Source: the human T2T-CHM13v2.0 reference genome, Homo sapiens. From it: a stretch of DNA of 64,000 nt. The notes beneath the pieces are model-generated. The model was given only the letters and a program-made list of their open reading frames with translations, had not been told where the DNA came from and did no database searches. The stretch lies in NCBI RefSeq assembly GCF_009914755.1, contig NC_060926.1. One strand, written 5' to 3'. The translations under genes and the position numbers were made by a program. Positions 1 through 13,432 of the stretch are shown here, piece by piece. The number at the start of each line of letters is the position of its first letter. Within the stretch, counting starts at the first letter, position 1.

Positions 1-109
1 TATAAAAGATCTCAAAAAGCATTTCAAAATACTTTCTTCAATAAGTACATGTATTTATACAGAAAAAATTAAACTAATATTTTACTTCTCTTTTTTCCAC
101 AAAAACAAA

Positions 110-720
110 GGAGGGGAAACAGGAGAGAGTGAAAAAAATTACAGGTCATTCTAAGAGACCCTACATCTAGATAACAGAAATTCCAGAGAATTAAAAGAAA
201 AAAAATGAAGAGGAAATAATCCAAGAAATAATTCAAAGAATTTTCCCAAAAGTGAGATTACTGACTATCTAAAGTGAAGGGCCAGCACTGTGGATATTAA
301 TAAACCTACGCCAAGTCATAACATGGTCAAATTTCAGAACGCCAGGGAAAAAAAAAAGAAAATCTTAGATCTCAGAGAGGAAGACGACAAAAAGCAGAGA
401 AAGAAAGAAAGAAACATGGATTTTATATTACAATGACATTCTCAAGATAAACACTACTAGAAGCTAGAAGAAAATAGAACAATACCTTCAAAATTTAATG
501 GAAAAAGTATTTCCATCCTACAATTCTATCCGGTCAAATGATCAATTAAGCACATGAAGATAAAATAAAGCCATTTTCAGATATGCAGGGCTTCAAAAAA
601 ATATTATTTCCCATGTACTGTTTCTCAGGAAGTTACAGGAGGTTGTGACCCACCAAAACAGTTAAATAAACCAAGAAAGAAAAAAACAAATCTAAGGAAC
701 AGGTCACGCAACCAAAGAGA
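110..720 (+). mobile_element. Old L1 (L1M-type) ORF1 relic
   Basis: A-rich degenerate ORF1-like sequence (GAAATAATCCAAGAAATAATT...AATTCTATCC). Confidence 0.65.
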
Positions 721-828
721 AATAGGGAAGCCATCTTCTGGATAACGGTGAAGTGAAATTCCAAGACAATAGCTATATGGCAGGTGTCAAATCCAAACTG
801 GAGTAGATCAGAAAGTTCTGAGATCTCC

Positions 829-879
829 ATCCATGGCCGTACCACCCTGAATGCACCTGATCTCGCATGATCTCAGAAG
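829..879 (+). pseudogene. 5S rRNA 5' fragment, tailless retropseudogene
   Basis: ATCCATGGCCGTACCACCCTGAATGCACCTGATCTCGCATGATCTCAGAAG resembles 5S nt 1-51; flanked by 18-bp direct repeats at 810-827 and 878-895. Confidence 0.9.
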
Positions 880-1039
880 AAAGTTCTGAGACCTCTTCAA
901 GATGATCAAACAGCACACCTAAAAGGAGGTTTACACTATGGGGGTGAGTTTAGGGGAAAGTCTGTGATAAGTACATTTCAAAACGTGGCAAATTAAAAAG
1001 AATTATTAACTACAAGGAGAATAAATAAGTAAGAAGTTA

Positions 1040-1550
1040 CCAGGTGGGTCTTACTATAGCATACGAGGCCCTGCATGATTCAGCACTCACCACGCTCTCT
1101 TTGACCTCACCTTATTACTCTGTGTCACTATCTGCTTCAGCCTAACTGTCTTCACTGCTGTTCCTAGAAAATGCCAAGCACACTTCTAACTCAGGGCTTT
1201 TGCTTTGGCTATTCCTGCTGATAGAATACTCTTCCCCCAGATACCTAAAAACTAGTAATACCCTCACCTATTCCAAGTCTTTGCAAGTCACCTTCCTCAA
1301 TGAGGGTAATGTGGCCACCATATTTCAAACTAGAACTTGCCCCCTACTCTCCCACCCTTCCATTCTCCATCTCTGATTATTTTTTTCCCATAATACTTAG
1401 CTCCTCACGTACTTTATATTCATTGTTTGTTGTCTGTCACTCCCTCGAAAAGTTCCACGAGGAAGATATACCCTAAGCACCTGGAACAGTATGTGGCACA
1501 GAGTAGGAAATCAATAAATGCTTGTTGAATGAATAAATGAATAAATAAAA
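1040..1550 (+). mobile_element. L2 3' end
   Basis: Ends in CAATAAATGCTTGTTGAATGAATAAATGAAT. Confidence 0.75.
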
Positions 1551-1668
1551 ATGGAAAATCACTGAAATCATGAAATATGGAAAATCATTGAAATCATGAA
1601 ATACTATACAAGCTTCTTTTCTTACCTGTAAGTATCAGCTACATAACCATAATAATAATCATACTATA

Positions 1669-1996
<328 letters not shown>

Positions 1997-2339
1997 TTAA
2001 CATATAACAGGAGAACAAAGTGAAAATTCTTTGTGCATACTCGTGGTAGAGTAAGAAAACTAAATATCCATCTTCCACAAAGGGAAGTAAATAAACATTG
2101 TGTAAAATTGGAATCAAGAAGTACAATGTAAGCTTTTTATTTAAATGTATGAAAACAATCAAAAGAATCAATTAAAATAGCTAAAAGTGGTTACCTTTGG
2201 AAAGCAAGAAGTTGGGTGGAGGAGTCAGTTTTTAAAATTAAACACTTGAAATTATGTGCAAATACAACTCATAAAAATTAAATGTAAATATAAGAAAAAA
2301 TTTTTAAGAAAAGTCACATCTTGGTAAAAAAAAATACTC

Positions 2340-3130
2340 ATTATGCATATAATAGACTAAGAATTAATATCTAGATTATATAAAAATGTCAACAACAAAC
2401 CCCCTATCAAAAGAAAAGAAACAAAACCAGCATTTCATAGATGAGAAAACATGAATGGCCGATAACATATGAAAAGCTACTCAGTTTCATCAGTAACCAG
2501 GGAAGTACAAATTAAAACCAGAGTGACATGTTCTTTTACACCTACCAAACGAGCAAACATTTAAAAGTCTCACACCATCGAGAGTACTAACGAGAATGTG
2601 AAACGAGAGACACTTTCATAAGCTGCTGTTGGGACTGTAAACTGGCACAAATACTCTGGAAAACATTTGACATTATCTAGTAAAGTTGAAGATGTACTAA
2701 CCTGACAATCCAGCATTGGCACTCCTAGTTACATATCCTATAGAAACTTTTGAACATATATATCAGAAGAATGCATAATTATTTCTACCACAGTACTATC
2801 TTTATAACAAAAAAATTAGAAACAAACCAAATTTTCATCTATAGGAGAATGAATAAATATGTTGCAAATTATTTGTAAAATGAAATGTCCTAAATAGTAG
2901 TTAAAAATGAATAAACTAAAGCAAAACGTGCACCAAAAAGGAAGTCACGAAGTGAGACTTGTATGTCTTCTGTGTGATTCCATTTACGTGAAGTCAAAAC
3001 AGCAAAACTAAATATGAATGAGTGATAAAACTATAAAGAAAGCAAGAAAATCATATACACAAAACTCAGGACAGTAATCATCTCTAGAACGGAGACGATG
3101 GGATTGGGGAAGAGCACAAGGAGGACTTCG
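2340..3130 (+). mobile_element. Old L1 3' region relic
   Basis: L1M ORF2-end/3'UTR motifs (CAAATTAAAACC, GGGACTGTAAACTGGCACAA). Confidence 0.65.
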
Positions 3131-3134
3131 GGGG

Positions 3135-3171
<37 letters not shown>
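3135..3171. repeat. (TG)n microsatellite
   Basis: Direct reading. Confidence 0.95.
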
Positions 3172-3173
<2 letters not shown>

Positions 3174-3985
3174 CTAGTATAAAAATTTCATAATAATAAA
3201 GTCCTGAACTAAACACAGACATATGACTGAATAGAATACAAACCTGCATACATTTCCAAGGAAAAAGACTTAAGTATACTGAGATTCCAAGTTAAGGACT
3301 TGTCAATAAACACAGAGTAAATCTCAAAATTCAAAAACTCAAGTTATGTTTGTCTTATTCAAAATATGATACTCTTCCCATTTATGAAACCAAACATTTA
3401 GCTTGGCTATCCTATAAAACGTATATGGCTTCTGTTCTCAAATAACAAAATTAAAGGGGAGAAATCACTGGAAGTAGAAAATGCCATAAGGTTTCTAGTA
3501 AGCCTCAATGTAGATGCAAATACACAGAAAAGTGGCATATGTGAATGATGGGACACAGTTGCTGGAAGGAACTGTGCAACATCAGCGCAGCGGTAACTAG
3601 CAAGGAAAGAAAGAAGGGAAGTAGCATCTACTGAGGCCGTTCTGTGTGAGGGCACTTTATATATAGCACTAGTTCTCTCACTAATTCTCTTGAGTTATGT
3701 ATCATACTCATTTTACAGATGAGAAAAATAAGGTCCGGGGGTTAAAAGAGGAGAATAAATTCCTCATTGAATATTCCCAGTGCCCCATCTGGCTCAGAAG
3801 AGCTCAGTGAGCCAGATAGATAAGCATGAATAATCAGATGACAACAGTATTATAGATATTAAAGATAACTACGCACAAGAGGAGGAAATTAAGAAGTCAA
3901 CATAAGAATCAGAATAGTTTCTTCTATCTGAATCTATGCCAACATTTCTATGTCCCACTAAATATGAGAACAAATGGTTACTTAC

Positions 3986-4084
3986 CTGTGACCAGGGTGG
4001 TAAACAGCTGTGTTGATTCCATGAGGATAATGACTACTGAAGCTGAAACAGTGACTTTCTTGGTAGCTCTGATTTGTTCCAACA
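3986..4084 (-). CDS. NBAS: NBAS exon 9 (VGTNQSYQESHCFSFSSHYPHGINTAVYHPGH); gene continues beyond the left edge
   Basis: 99 nt, AG/GT boundaries, in frame. Confidence 0.97.
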
Positions 4085-4584
4085 CTAAATTTAAGAGGGT
4101 ATGAAAGAAGTAAATACCATTAAACCACAATGAATATCACTAAATACCCAATAAAATGTTTAGAATTTAAAAGACAGACAATACCAAATATTGCTGAGGA
4201 TATAAAACAACCAGAACTCGAATACGTCACAATGAGAAGGTAATTGATAAAACCACTTGGTAAAAAGTGTAGTTTTTTATAAAAATAAACTATGTCTCCC
4301 CTATGACCCAGCAATCCCACTTGAAGATATTGACCCAAGAGAAATGAAAATGTATATCCATAAAGACTTGTACAAGAATGGTTGTAACAGCATTATTTGC
4401 AGGGGCCAAGAACTGGAAACAGGGTTCTATCAATAGAAGAATGGATTTTTAAAATCATGAGCTATTCATACAATAAAATACTAATTGTAAGTAAAAAGAA
4501 ATAAACTAGTGATGTATGTAAAAATGTGAATGAATCTCAAAATATGATGAATGAAAGAAGACTTAGATAAAAGAGTACATACTA

Positions 4585-5270
4585 CAGTCATTCCTAGGCA
4601 TCCTTGGGGAACTGGATCCAGGATGCTCAGAGGATAACAAAATCTGTAAGTGTTTAAGCCCTTGATATAAAATGGCATAGTAGGCCAGGCGCAGTGGCTC
4701 ACGCCTGTTATCCCAGCACTTTGGGAGGCCGAGGCGGGCAGATCACAACGTCAGGAGATCGAGACCATCCTGACTAACATGATGAAACCCTGTGTCTACT
4801 TAAAATACAAAAAAATTAGCCAGGTTTGGTGGCGGGCACCTGCAGTCTCAGCTACTTGAGACACTGAGGCAGGAGAATGGCATGAACCCGGGAGGCAGAG
4901 CTTGCAGTGAGCCAAGATCACTCAACTGCACTCCAGCCTGGGCGACAGAGCAAGACTCCGTCTCAGAAATAAATAAATAAATAAATAAATAAATAAACAA
5001 ATAAATAAATAAAAATAAAAAAATAAAATAAAATGGCATAGTATTTTCATATAACCCACACATATCCTCCTGTATACTTTGAATCATCTCTAGATTCCTT
5101 ATAATATCCAATACAATATAAATGCTATGTAAATAGTAGTTATACTATATTGTTCAGAGAATGACAAGAAAAAGTCTGTACATGTTCAATACAGACACAA
5201 TTTTTGAATGTTTTCAATCCACAGTATCAAATCTACAAATGCAGAACCCACAGATACAGAGGGATGACTG
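4585..5270 (+). mobile_element. MER2 (TcMar-Tigger) inserted in an old L1 and itself interrupted by an Alu
   Basis: ta|CAGTC...GACTG|ta termini; MER2 body. Confidence 0.85.
4683..5027 (+). mobile_element. AluY-like within MER2, (AAAT)n tail
   Basis: TSD ATAAAATGGCATAGTA at 4667-4682 and 5028-5043. Confidence 0.93.
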
Positions 5271-5864
5271 TATATTATTCCATTAACGTAAACTATTAGA
5301 ATAGGCAAAACTAATCTGTGATTTTAAAAAAATTTTAAACACTAGTTGTTCTGGGAGTGGGTATGGAAAGAGATTTACTCGGAAGGGGCATGAGGGAACT
5401 TTCTAGCATGATGGTAATGTTCCGTATCTTGACAGAGGTTTGAACTGCACAGATGTACGCATTTGTCATAACTCACTAGCTGGTATAATCAAGATGTATG
5501 CATTTCACTGCATGCAAATTTTACCTCAAAAGGAAGAAAACTATAAGCAAATATTAAACTCTAATAATATGCATGCTAAAGCATTTGAGTACTGATATGT
5601 CCAACTTACTACGAAATGATTAATAGCCGGATAGAGGGGTGGATATATGAATAGAAATATGATATAGCAAGCACAGTAAAATCCTAATTGTAGAACCCAA
5701 GTGGAAGTAATGGGTGTTCACCACACCACTCTTTCAAATTCCCTATTATATTTGCAATTTTTCATAATAGACAGAAAGCAAAAAAAAAAAGAAATATCAA
5801 AATCTGACATTAAACCAGAGAAATAAACATTATTTCAAATATGGCTTCCAAAGCACATTTTTAC

Positions 5865-5998
5865 CTTACAAGGTAACTTCTAAGTTCTCCTCGGTAATTG
5901 ATGACCAGGAGTTCTGCAGACCACTGTGCACTTGCTTTATATTCTAAAAATATCAACCCAGCAATGGCATAGCTTAAGTCACCTATAAAACTAGATGC
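5865..5998 (-). CDS. NBAS: NBAS exon 8 (ASSFIGDLSYAIAGLIFLEYKASAQWSAELLVINYRGELRSYLV)
   Basis: 134 nt, AG/GT boundaries, in frame. Confidence 0.97.
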
Positions 5999-6559
5999 CT
6001 ACAGAAGAAGGGGAAATTAAGTTACTAAAAAAAAAAAAACTAGATAAAAGTTAACACATGCATAATTAGAGAATATCTGATACACTGGCTTCAGGTACAC
6101 TTTATGTAAGATAACTTCAGAATTGCTCTGTATACTCAAGAATCATGCAAGTCAGAATGCCTAGAGCTAGACACCCAAATCTAGACCAGCCCTCTCAGAC
6201 CCAGGCAGAAACCACAGCAGCCCCTTTGAAGAAGATGTTCACCTACATAGGAAATTTCTATTCAAATTGTATGTCAATTGCAGAAAAAAAACAAAGATAA
6301 TGCCACCATTCAGCCTCAAAAAACTCTAAGAGCTTGTTTAAAGATAGAAGCTTCCAAATGTTAATTTCCACTGCCAGCAGTAGCCTGCGGTAAAAAAGTC
6401 TCCAGTTTCCATTTGCCTAATCAGCAACCTAAAGGAAACTACACATGAAATACTCACTCAGTGTTAACCTTTCTCCATTAACCAAATACCAGGCTAAACT
6501 GCTAAAGATTTGAAGGCCTGTACATCTTGGGAAGCACACAAAATAAAGTTTATCACCCA

Positions 6560-7366
6560 TGAAGGGGATTCGAATATGCCAACCCAAAATATGCCACTTT
6601 GGCATAAGGATTATTTTGAGCTGAAGGCAACTGAGAATCAACAGACGCAGGAAAAATTGTTTGCCCTCCCCTTAACTGCCTAAAAACAAGGCAAAAATTT
6701 ATCTTTGTGACAGTGCTCCTCAGTACCAGGAGGAGGAGATGGACTCATCCCTGGAAACCAGAAGTCATACCAAGATGAGTCTGTGTAAACAGACCTTATT
6801 AAAATCCCTTTCTTCCATTAATTTGTCCCATGCATTTCTTAGTCACTTTCCCACAATTTACCACCTCAAAAAGCCAAAATTCCCTTTCCTTTGTCTAGTC
6901 ACATCTCAACAATTTATATCCCTCTATTAAAATGGTATATAAGGCTGGATGGGGTGGCTCACATCTGTAATCCCAACACATTGAGAGGCCAAAGTGGAAG
7001 GACCACTTGAAGTCAGGAGTCCAAGACCCAGCCTGGACAGCAAAGCAAGATTCTGTCTTTACAAAAGTTTAAAAGATTAGCCAGGTGTGGCTGCACTATG
7101 ATCATTATCATTACACCACTGTGCTCCAGCCTGGGCAACAGCAAGACTCTATCTTTAAAAAAAGAAAAAATGGTATATAAGCCTGAGTCTAACCACTTCT
7201 TTGAGCTTTCACGTCTTTTCTGAGAAGCTCCCTGTACATGTAAAAATATTAACATCAATAAAAACTGTACAACTTTTCTCCTGCTAATCTGTCTTTTGTC
7301 AGTTTAATTTGCAGGCCCCTAGCTGCTAAATTTAAGCAGGCAGAGAAAAAGTTTTTCCTCCCAATC
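6560..7366 (+). mobile_element. ERV1 solo LTR (MER34-like) containing an internally deleted AluJ (6943-7168)
   Basis: TGAAGG..AATATGCCACTTTGGCATAAGGATTATTTTGAGCTG start; Alu TSD AAAATGGTATATAAG. Confidence 0.75.
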
Positions 7367-7399
7367 ACCCCTGAATGGTTCCTCATTGTCTAGAACCAC

Positions 7400-7710
7400 A
7401 CAGTCAACACTTGATACACGGCTAGTCCAAATTGAGATATGTCATAAATATAAAAATACCATCAAATTTCAAAAATTTAAAATCAAAGAAAGAGCATAAA
7501 CTATCACATTAATAATGTTTTATATTGATTACATGTTGAAATAATATTTTGGATATATTGGATGATATAAAACACAGTATTAAATAAATTTCACCTGTTT
7601 CTTATTTTAGCTTCTCATTGTAGTTACTATTAAATAAACTTCACCTGTAGTTATTGTATATGTGACCAAATATAAAATTACATTTGAGCATACATACAGC
7701 TCATATTGTA
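7400..7710. mobile_element. MER3/MER33-like hAT relic
   Basis: ATTGATTACATGTTGAAATAATATTTTGGATATATTG motif. Confidence 0.7.
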
Positions 7711-7845
7711 TTTCTTTTAGCCAGAAATAGTCTAGAAAATAAGAATCCAGACTCCTTATTTTGGCTAAGATTCCCAGAATATGAGCACAACACACGTTTT
7801 TAGTCTCTCCACTCATTATTTCTGAAAAAAAATCATTATCTATAT

Positions 7846-8040
7846 CATTGGTTTTCAACCCTAGCTTCTCACTAGAATCAGCTAAAAGCTTATAAACAAT
7901 ATTAATACCCAGGCCCCACAAAGATCAAATGAATCAGAATCTCTGTGAGTAGCGCCTGGGCAATCTGGTAATTTGTTTTTTTCTTTTCCTTATAAAGCTC
8001 CCCAGGTGATTCTAAGATACAGCCAGAGTGAGAACCACTG
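7846..8040. mobile_element. MER5-like hAT MITE
   Basis: GGTTTTCAAC...AAGCTCCCCAGGTGATTCT...GAGAACCACTG. Confidence 0.8.
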
Positions 8041-8668
8041 TTCTATCTGACCCTGTATCTCGTTCAGTTGATGAAGGAGGATAGAAACTAAAAAGCACTA
8101 TATTCCTAGAAGAGACATTATTCACGGAATTGTCATACAAAAGTCATTTTGTTCCCACTCAATCTTAGTTTTCTAGACAAAATGAGAACATCTGCCCAAC
8201 CTACTCAAAGGGCTGTTATGAATATAAAATCATAATATATATCAAAGGCATTAATAAAGAATAAAATAGTATACAAATACAAATTACTACTACCATTTGT
8301 TTTTCTCTACTCGCCTTTTCAATTTCTATTTCCTGTAGGGTAACGAATTCCAACTCCTCTTGAAGTTGTTCCTGTTGTGACAGACCACTGACTTCTTTCT
8401 GTCACTAGAGCTTTATCACAACTTTCTGTACCTATATTTAGTGTTTACTTACTACCACGTGGTTTACATCTGGATAGTGTATTACAAAATACAAGGAATA
8501 ACTATTGCATGCATACAGATTTCTAACTAGATTCTGGGCGTCTTAAGTCCACAGCTTATTATTCTGATTTATATTTGTATTATCCCCCCCTTCACACTCT
8601 TTTATTCAAGTACCTATACATACATGACATTGAAAAAACTATGTTTTCAATTTAAGCTATGTACATAC

Positions 8669-8802
8669 CGGGGAAATGACAAAGAGTTCACTTCCCATGA
8701 GATCAAACACCCTCACAGTTCCTGTGCTTTCGGCATAGGCCAGTAGGGTACAATCGTAACTCCATGCTACCCGTCTCCACTGGGGTTTCGGGTCTTTCGG
8801 AA
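8669..8802 (-). CDS. NBAS: NBAS exon 7 (VPKDPKPQWRRVAWSYDCTLLAYAESTGTVRVFDLMGSELFVISP)
   Basis: 134 nt, AG/GT boundaries, in frame; WD40-like beta-propeller sequence. Confidence 0.97.
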
Positions 8803-9288
8803 CTAGAACAAAAGAAAACAAGAGGTGCTTCTAACAATATATTACAAAGATAGTTAATGCTTTTAGTAACTGCAACTAAAGTAAGTATTCAAGTACAATA
8901 ATTACGTCATCTCCTAAGGATCTCTAATAATGCTTCCCTCAATAAAAAAGAGCAGTTTCCAGAAACACACTTCAAGTAAGAGTGGGAAATACAAACCACT
9001 GCAACTATGCCCTATTTATTTCAGAAGCAAAGTCTACTGATGCATGGTCTGATGAATGCTGAGCATCCCCTGGTCTGGTAAAGGCCCAGGAATAATACAC
9101 CTCAAAATATCTGTAATACTCAGAGAGATCTAAAGCATACAGAATGGGTAGACAATAATTCTAATCCAATGAGTTCCACTCCTCTAAAAGCAAAAAATAA
9201 AAATTGCAACTTGATCTTTTAAATACATCAAATATAGAAGCCAAGATACAAATTGGGACTATGCTAACATTGTATTAGAAAGGGGGGA

Positions 9289-9343
9289 AATATATATATA
9301 TATACACACACACACACACTCACACACATATACATACACACAT
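9289..9343. repeat. (TA)n(CA)n compound microsatellite
   Basis: Direct reading. Confidence 0.9.
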
Positions 9344-10140
9344 AGAAAGAGGCAGGTAAATCAAGAACTCATGAGTCAATCACACAATTTCAAGATTTTG
9401 ATAATCAACAACTTAATAATTCTAATAACTCAGCAACTGAATTTTTTTCTGTTCTGAATTTTCAGTAAAATAGAGAGAAAGGCTATCAGCTGCAAAAGAA
9501 GAAAAAGAGGATGTGAAACTCTATGTTAGATTTGTTTGAGATTTTTTATTGTTTCGTTTGCTTCGGTTTCATCTTATTGGAATCTCAGAACTGAAGAGTT
9601 AGGTAGATAGACAAGTGTTCTTCCTTTCCCAACAAGAATTCAAAATGAGTAGGAGACTCAAGGTGTCACCTTGAGTCAAGAGTAGAACAAAACCCAGAAC
9701 ATCAGCATCCTGTCTTTCCATGCAGTGCAGGTGTCATTACAACACACTGCCTCTCCACCAGAGCCTTACAATTGCCTCAAAAATGCTCCAGAAACGTATG
9801 GCCTTCTTTTGATGCCTCTGCCACTATCCCAGCTCAGGTCTCACCATCTCCTGCTTGGCCTACTAACAGGTCTTCTGCCATCTGTCTCTTCCCTTCTATT
9901 CCTTCCTCCATACTATCAGACGATATCTTTCTAAAATAACAAGATAAACAGATCACATTCTTCTGCCACTTTAAAAGTCCTGAAGGTTCTCCATTTCCAA
10001 CAGAATCAAGTCCAAATGCCTCAATATATATGAAAGGCCCTTCCCAAAAGGCCCCATTGTAGCTTTCCAGTTTTGCCTTCTACCACTTCCTCTGTCATAT
10101 ACCTAATAACCCACTCATACCATGACAACCTGGCAAATGA

Positions 10141-10469
<329 letters not shown>

Positions 10470-11187
10470 ATACGTGCCTTTTATACATATTGCTGCTCTA
10501 CCTAGACTGTTCATCTCCAATCTTACTCATCCTTCCAGGTCTAGTTTATTACCTCCTCCTTCCTTGACACCCTTGAAAACTGGCTGCTCTGTGCCACCAA
10601 ATATTCTGTACATACCTCTTTCATAGCATTTATCACATCATATTGTTGTTTACCTATTTGCCCCACAAGTCTCTGAGCTCACTGAAATCAGAAACAATGT
10701 CTTATTCAACATTCTATTCCCAGGACCTGGAATTCAAAGTGATTAATGTTTCACTAACGAGTGACACCTATGTCTCTCAGAAAAAAAAATCTCTATTAAC
10801 AGGGCAAGGTAATGGTAAGAGTTCACCATCCCTCCAGGACTACCAATGAAATGTGAATTCTATAACGGAAGTCATCTATCTACCTAAAAGAAATAATGTG
10901 TAGAGTTCAGACTTCCCTTAACTTTGTAATACATATTCTAGGGAATATATGGGGAAAGTACACCAGGCATCAACGATTTTCTTCATTTTGATTATTTATC
11001 AATAGGTTAAAAGTATACAAAAAAATCCCGGAGAGGTCATTCAGCATGGATAAGTCTAATTAATTTTATTAAAGCCTAACAAGATACTGCATACATTCTG
11101 GAACAGCCATTTTTGTAAGTGGGAATAATTTTTTCTAAAAAATCAATTCCCTGTCTTTAGACTGCTAAAATAAAAAATCAAACTTCA

Positions 11188-12261
11188 CGGGAGGGAGGTG
11201 GGGGGGTCAGCCCCCCGCCCAGCCAGTCGCCCCGTCCGGGAGGGAGGTGGGGGGGTCAGCCCCCCGCCCGGCCAGCCGCCCCGTCCGGGAGGTGAGGGGC
11301 GCCTCTGCCCGGCCGCCCCTACTGGGAAGTGAGGAGCCCCTCTGCCCGGCCAGCCGCCCCGTCCGGGAGGGAGGTGGGGGGGGTCAGCCACCCGCCTGGC
11401 CAGCCGCCCCGTCCGGTAGGGAGGTGGGGGGGTCAGCCCCCTGCCCGGCCAGCCGCCCCATCCGGGAGGTGAGGGGCGCCTCTGCCCGGCCGCCCCTACT
11501 GGGAAGTGAGGAGCCCCTCTGCCCGGCCAGCCGCCCCGTCCGGGAGGGAGGTGGGGGGGTCAGCCCCCCGCCCGGCCAGCCACCCCGTCCGGGAGGGAGG
11601 TGGGGGGGTTCAGCCCCCCGCCCGGCCAGCCGCCCCGTCCGGGAGGTGAGGGGCGCCTCTGCCCGGCCGCCCCTACTGGGAAGTGAGGAGCCCCTCTGCC
11701 CGGCCACCACCCCGTCTGGGAGGTGTACCCAACAGCTCATTGAGAACGGGCCATGATGACAATGGCGGTTTTGTGGAATAGAAAGGGGGGAAAAGTGGGG
11801 AAAAGATTGAGAAATCGGATGGTCGCTGTGTCTGTGTAGAAAGAAGCAGACATGGGAGACTTTTCATTTTGTTCTGTACTAAGAAAAATTCTTCTGCCTT
11901 GGGATCCTGTTGATCTGTGACCTTACCCCCAACCCTGTGCTCTCTGAAACATGTGCTGTGTCCACTCAGGGTTAAATGGATTAAGGGCGGTGCAAGATGT
12001 GCTTTGTTAAACAGACGCTTGAAGGCAGCATGCTCGTTAAGAGTCATCACCACTCCCTAATCTCAAGTACCCAGGGACACAAACACTGCGGAAGGCCACA
12101 GGGTCCTCCGCCTAGGAAAACCAGAGACCTTTGTTCACTTGTTTATCTGCTGACCTTCCCTCCACTATTGTCCTGTGACCCTGCCAAATCCCCCTCTGCG
12201 AGAAACACCCAAGAATGATCAATAAAAAAATAAATAAATAAATAAGATAAAAAAAATAAAA
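11188..12261 (+). mobile_element. 5'-truncated SVA (probably SVA_D): VNTR + SINE-R + poly(A), antisense in NBAS intron 6
   Basis: GC-rich VNTR (GCCTCTGCCCGGCCGCCCCTACTGGGAAGTGAGGAGC), SINE-R ending ACCCAAGAATGATCAATAAA, 16-bp TSD AAAAAATCAAACTTCA at 11172-11187 and 12262-12277. Confidence 0.96.
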
Positions 12262-13058
12262 AAAAAATCAAACTTCAAAGCAGGCACAGGTGCAAAATAA
12301 CAAAAGAATAAAAAATTGACATATGCACAGACGCTACATAAAAACCAGCAAGATGACAATTTTCCCCTGAAAATATTTATGTGCTAAGGAAACACTACCA
12401 TGTGATAACAGATTTTTCCTCTTATTTCATTTTGATAAGATAAACAGATTCTATGCACTGCATTGCATCTGCAAGGGATTTGCTTTTATATGCTAGTTAC
12501 AACCAGTAACTCCAGAAAACTCAGCAGGTGTTTTGACCTAGATAAAAATATTTTTTCATTACAAGATAAGATTTCATATAACAATGTGAAAATAAAGACT
12601 TTATCACTGGATTTTTCCAGTTGCTCGTGTGGCTTGGGAAAGGAATGAACAGTACAGATTTTTACAAAGCAAGAGTCAATGAAGTTGTCTGAAAAGTATG
12701 CAAGAAACACTGATGGTAAAAGTTAACCAGCAAATTGACAACTGACACATGCATGGTGAAATCAAGTCTATACCCCCCGACTCATATTTTCATCAGCTGT
12801 AGCTCCTCAAATCTGCCCGGTTGCCAAGCTCTTTCCCATCTCACAGCTTTTGTGGATGCTATTTTCTCTGCCTGGAACATTCTTTCCCTAACACTCCACT
12901 GGCTTTTTTTCATCTTTCAAGCTTCACTTTAAATAGCACTTCCTTAGAAGGCATTCTGTGACCACCCTAAGTAGCCTCTGAGCCCCATTATTTTCCACCA
13001 GTCCAATGATTTCATGTCCTTCACAGCTCTTACGCCAAATAATCATACATTTGTTTGT

Positions 13059-13432
13059 TATATCAGTCCGTTTTCATGCTGTTGATAAGACATATCTGAG
13101 ACTGGGCAATTTACAAAAGAAAGAGGTTTAATTGAATTTACAGTTCCATGTGGTTAGGGAAGCCTCACAATCATGGTGGAAGGCAAGGAGGAGCAAGACC
13201 CATCGTGCATGGATGGCCTCAGGCAAAGAGAATGAGGAAGATGCAAAAGCAGAAACCCCCGATAAAACCATCAGATCTCGTGAGACTTATTCACTATCAC
13301 AAGAACAATATGGGTGAAACTGCCACCCATGATTCAATCATCTCCTACTGGGTCCCTCCCGCAACACGTGGGAGTTATGGGAGTACAAATCAAGATGAGA
13401 TTTGTGTGGGGACACAGAGCCAAATCGTATCA
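13059..13432 (-). mobile_element. THE1-family (MaLR) solo LTR, sense to NBAS
   Basis: THE1 consensus motifs; 5-bp TSD TTTGT at 13054-13058 and 13433-13437. Confidence 0.9.

Noticed and set aside
11185-12218. Several 70-170 aa ORFs on both strands
   Set aside because: Translations of the SVA VNTR and SINE-R; stop-poor GC-rich repeat
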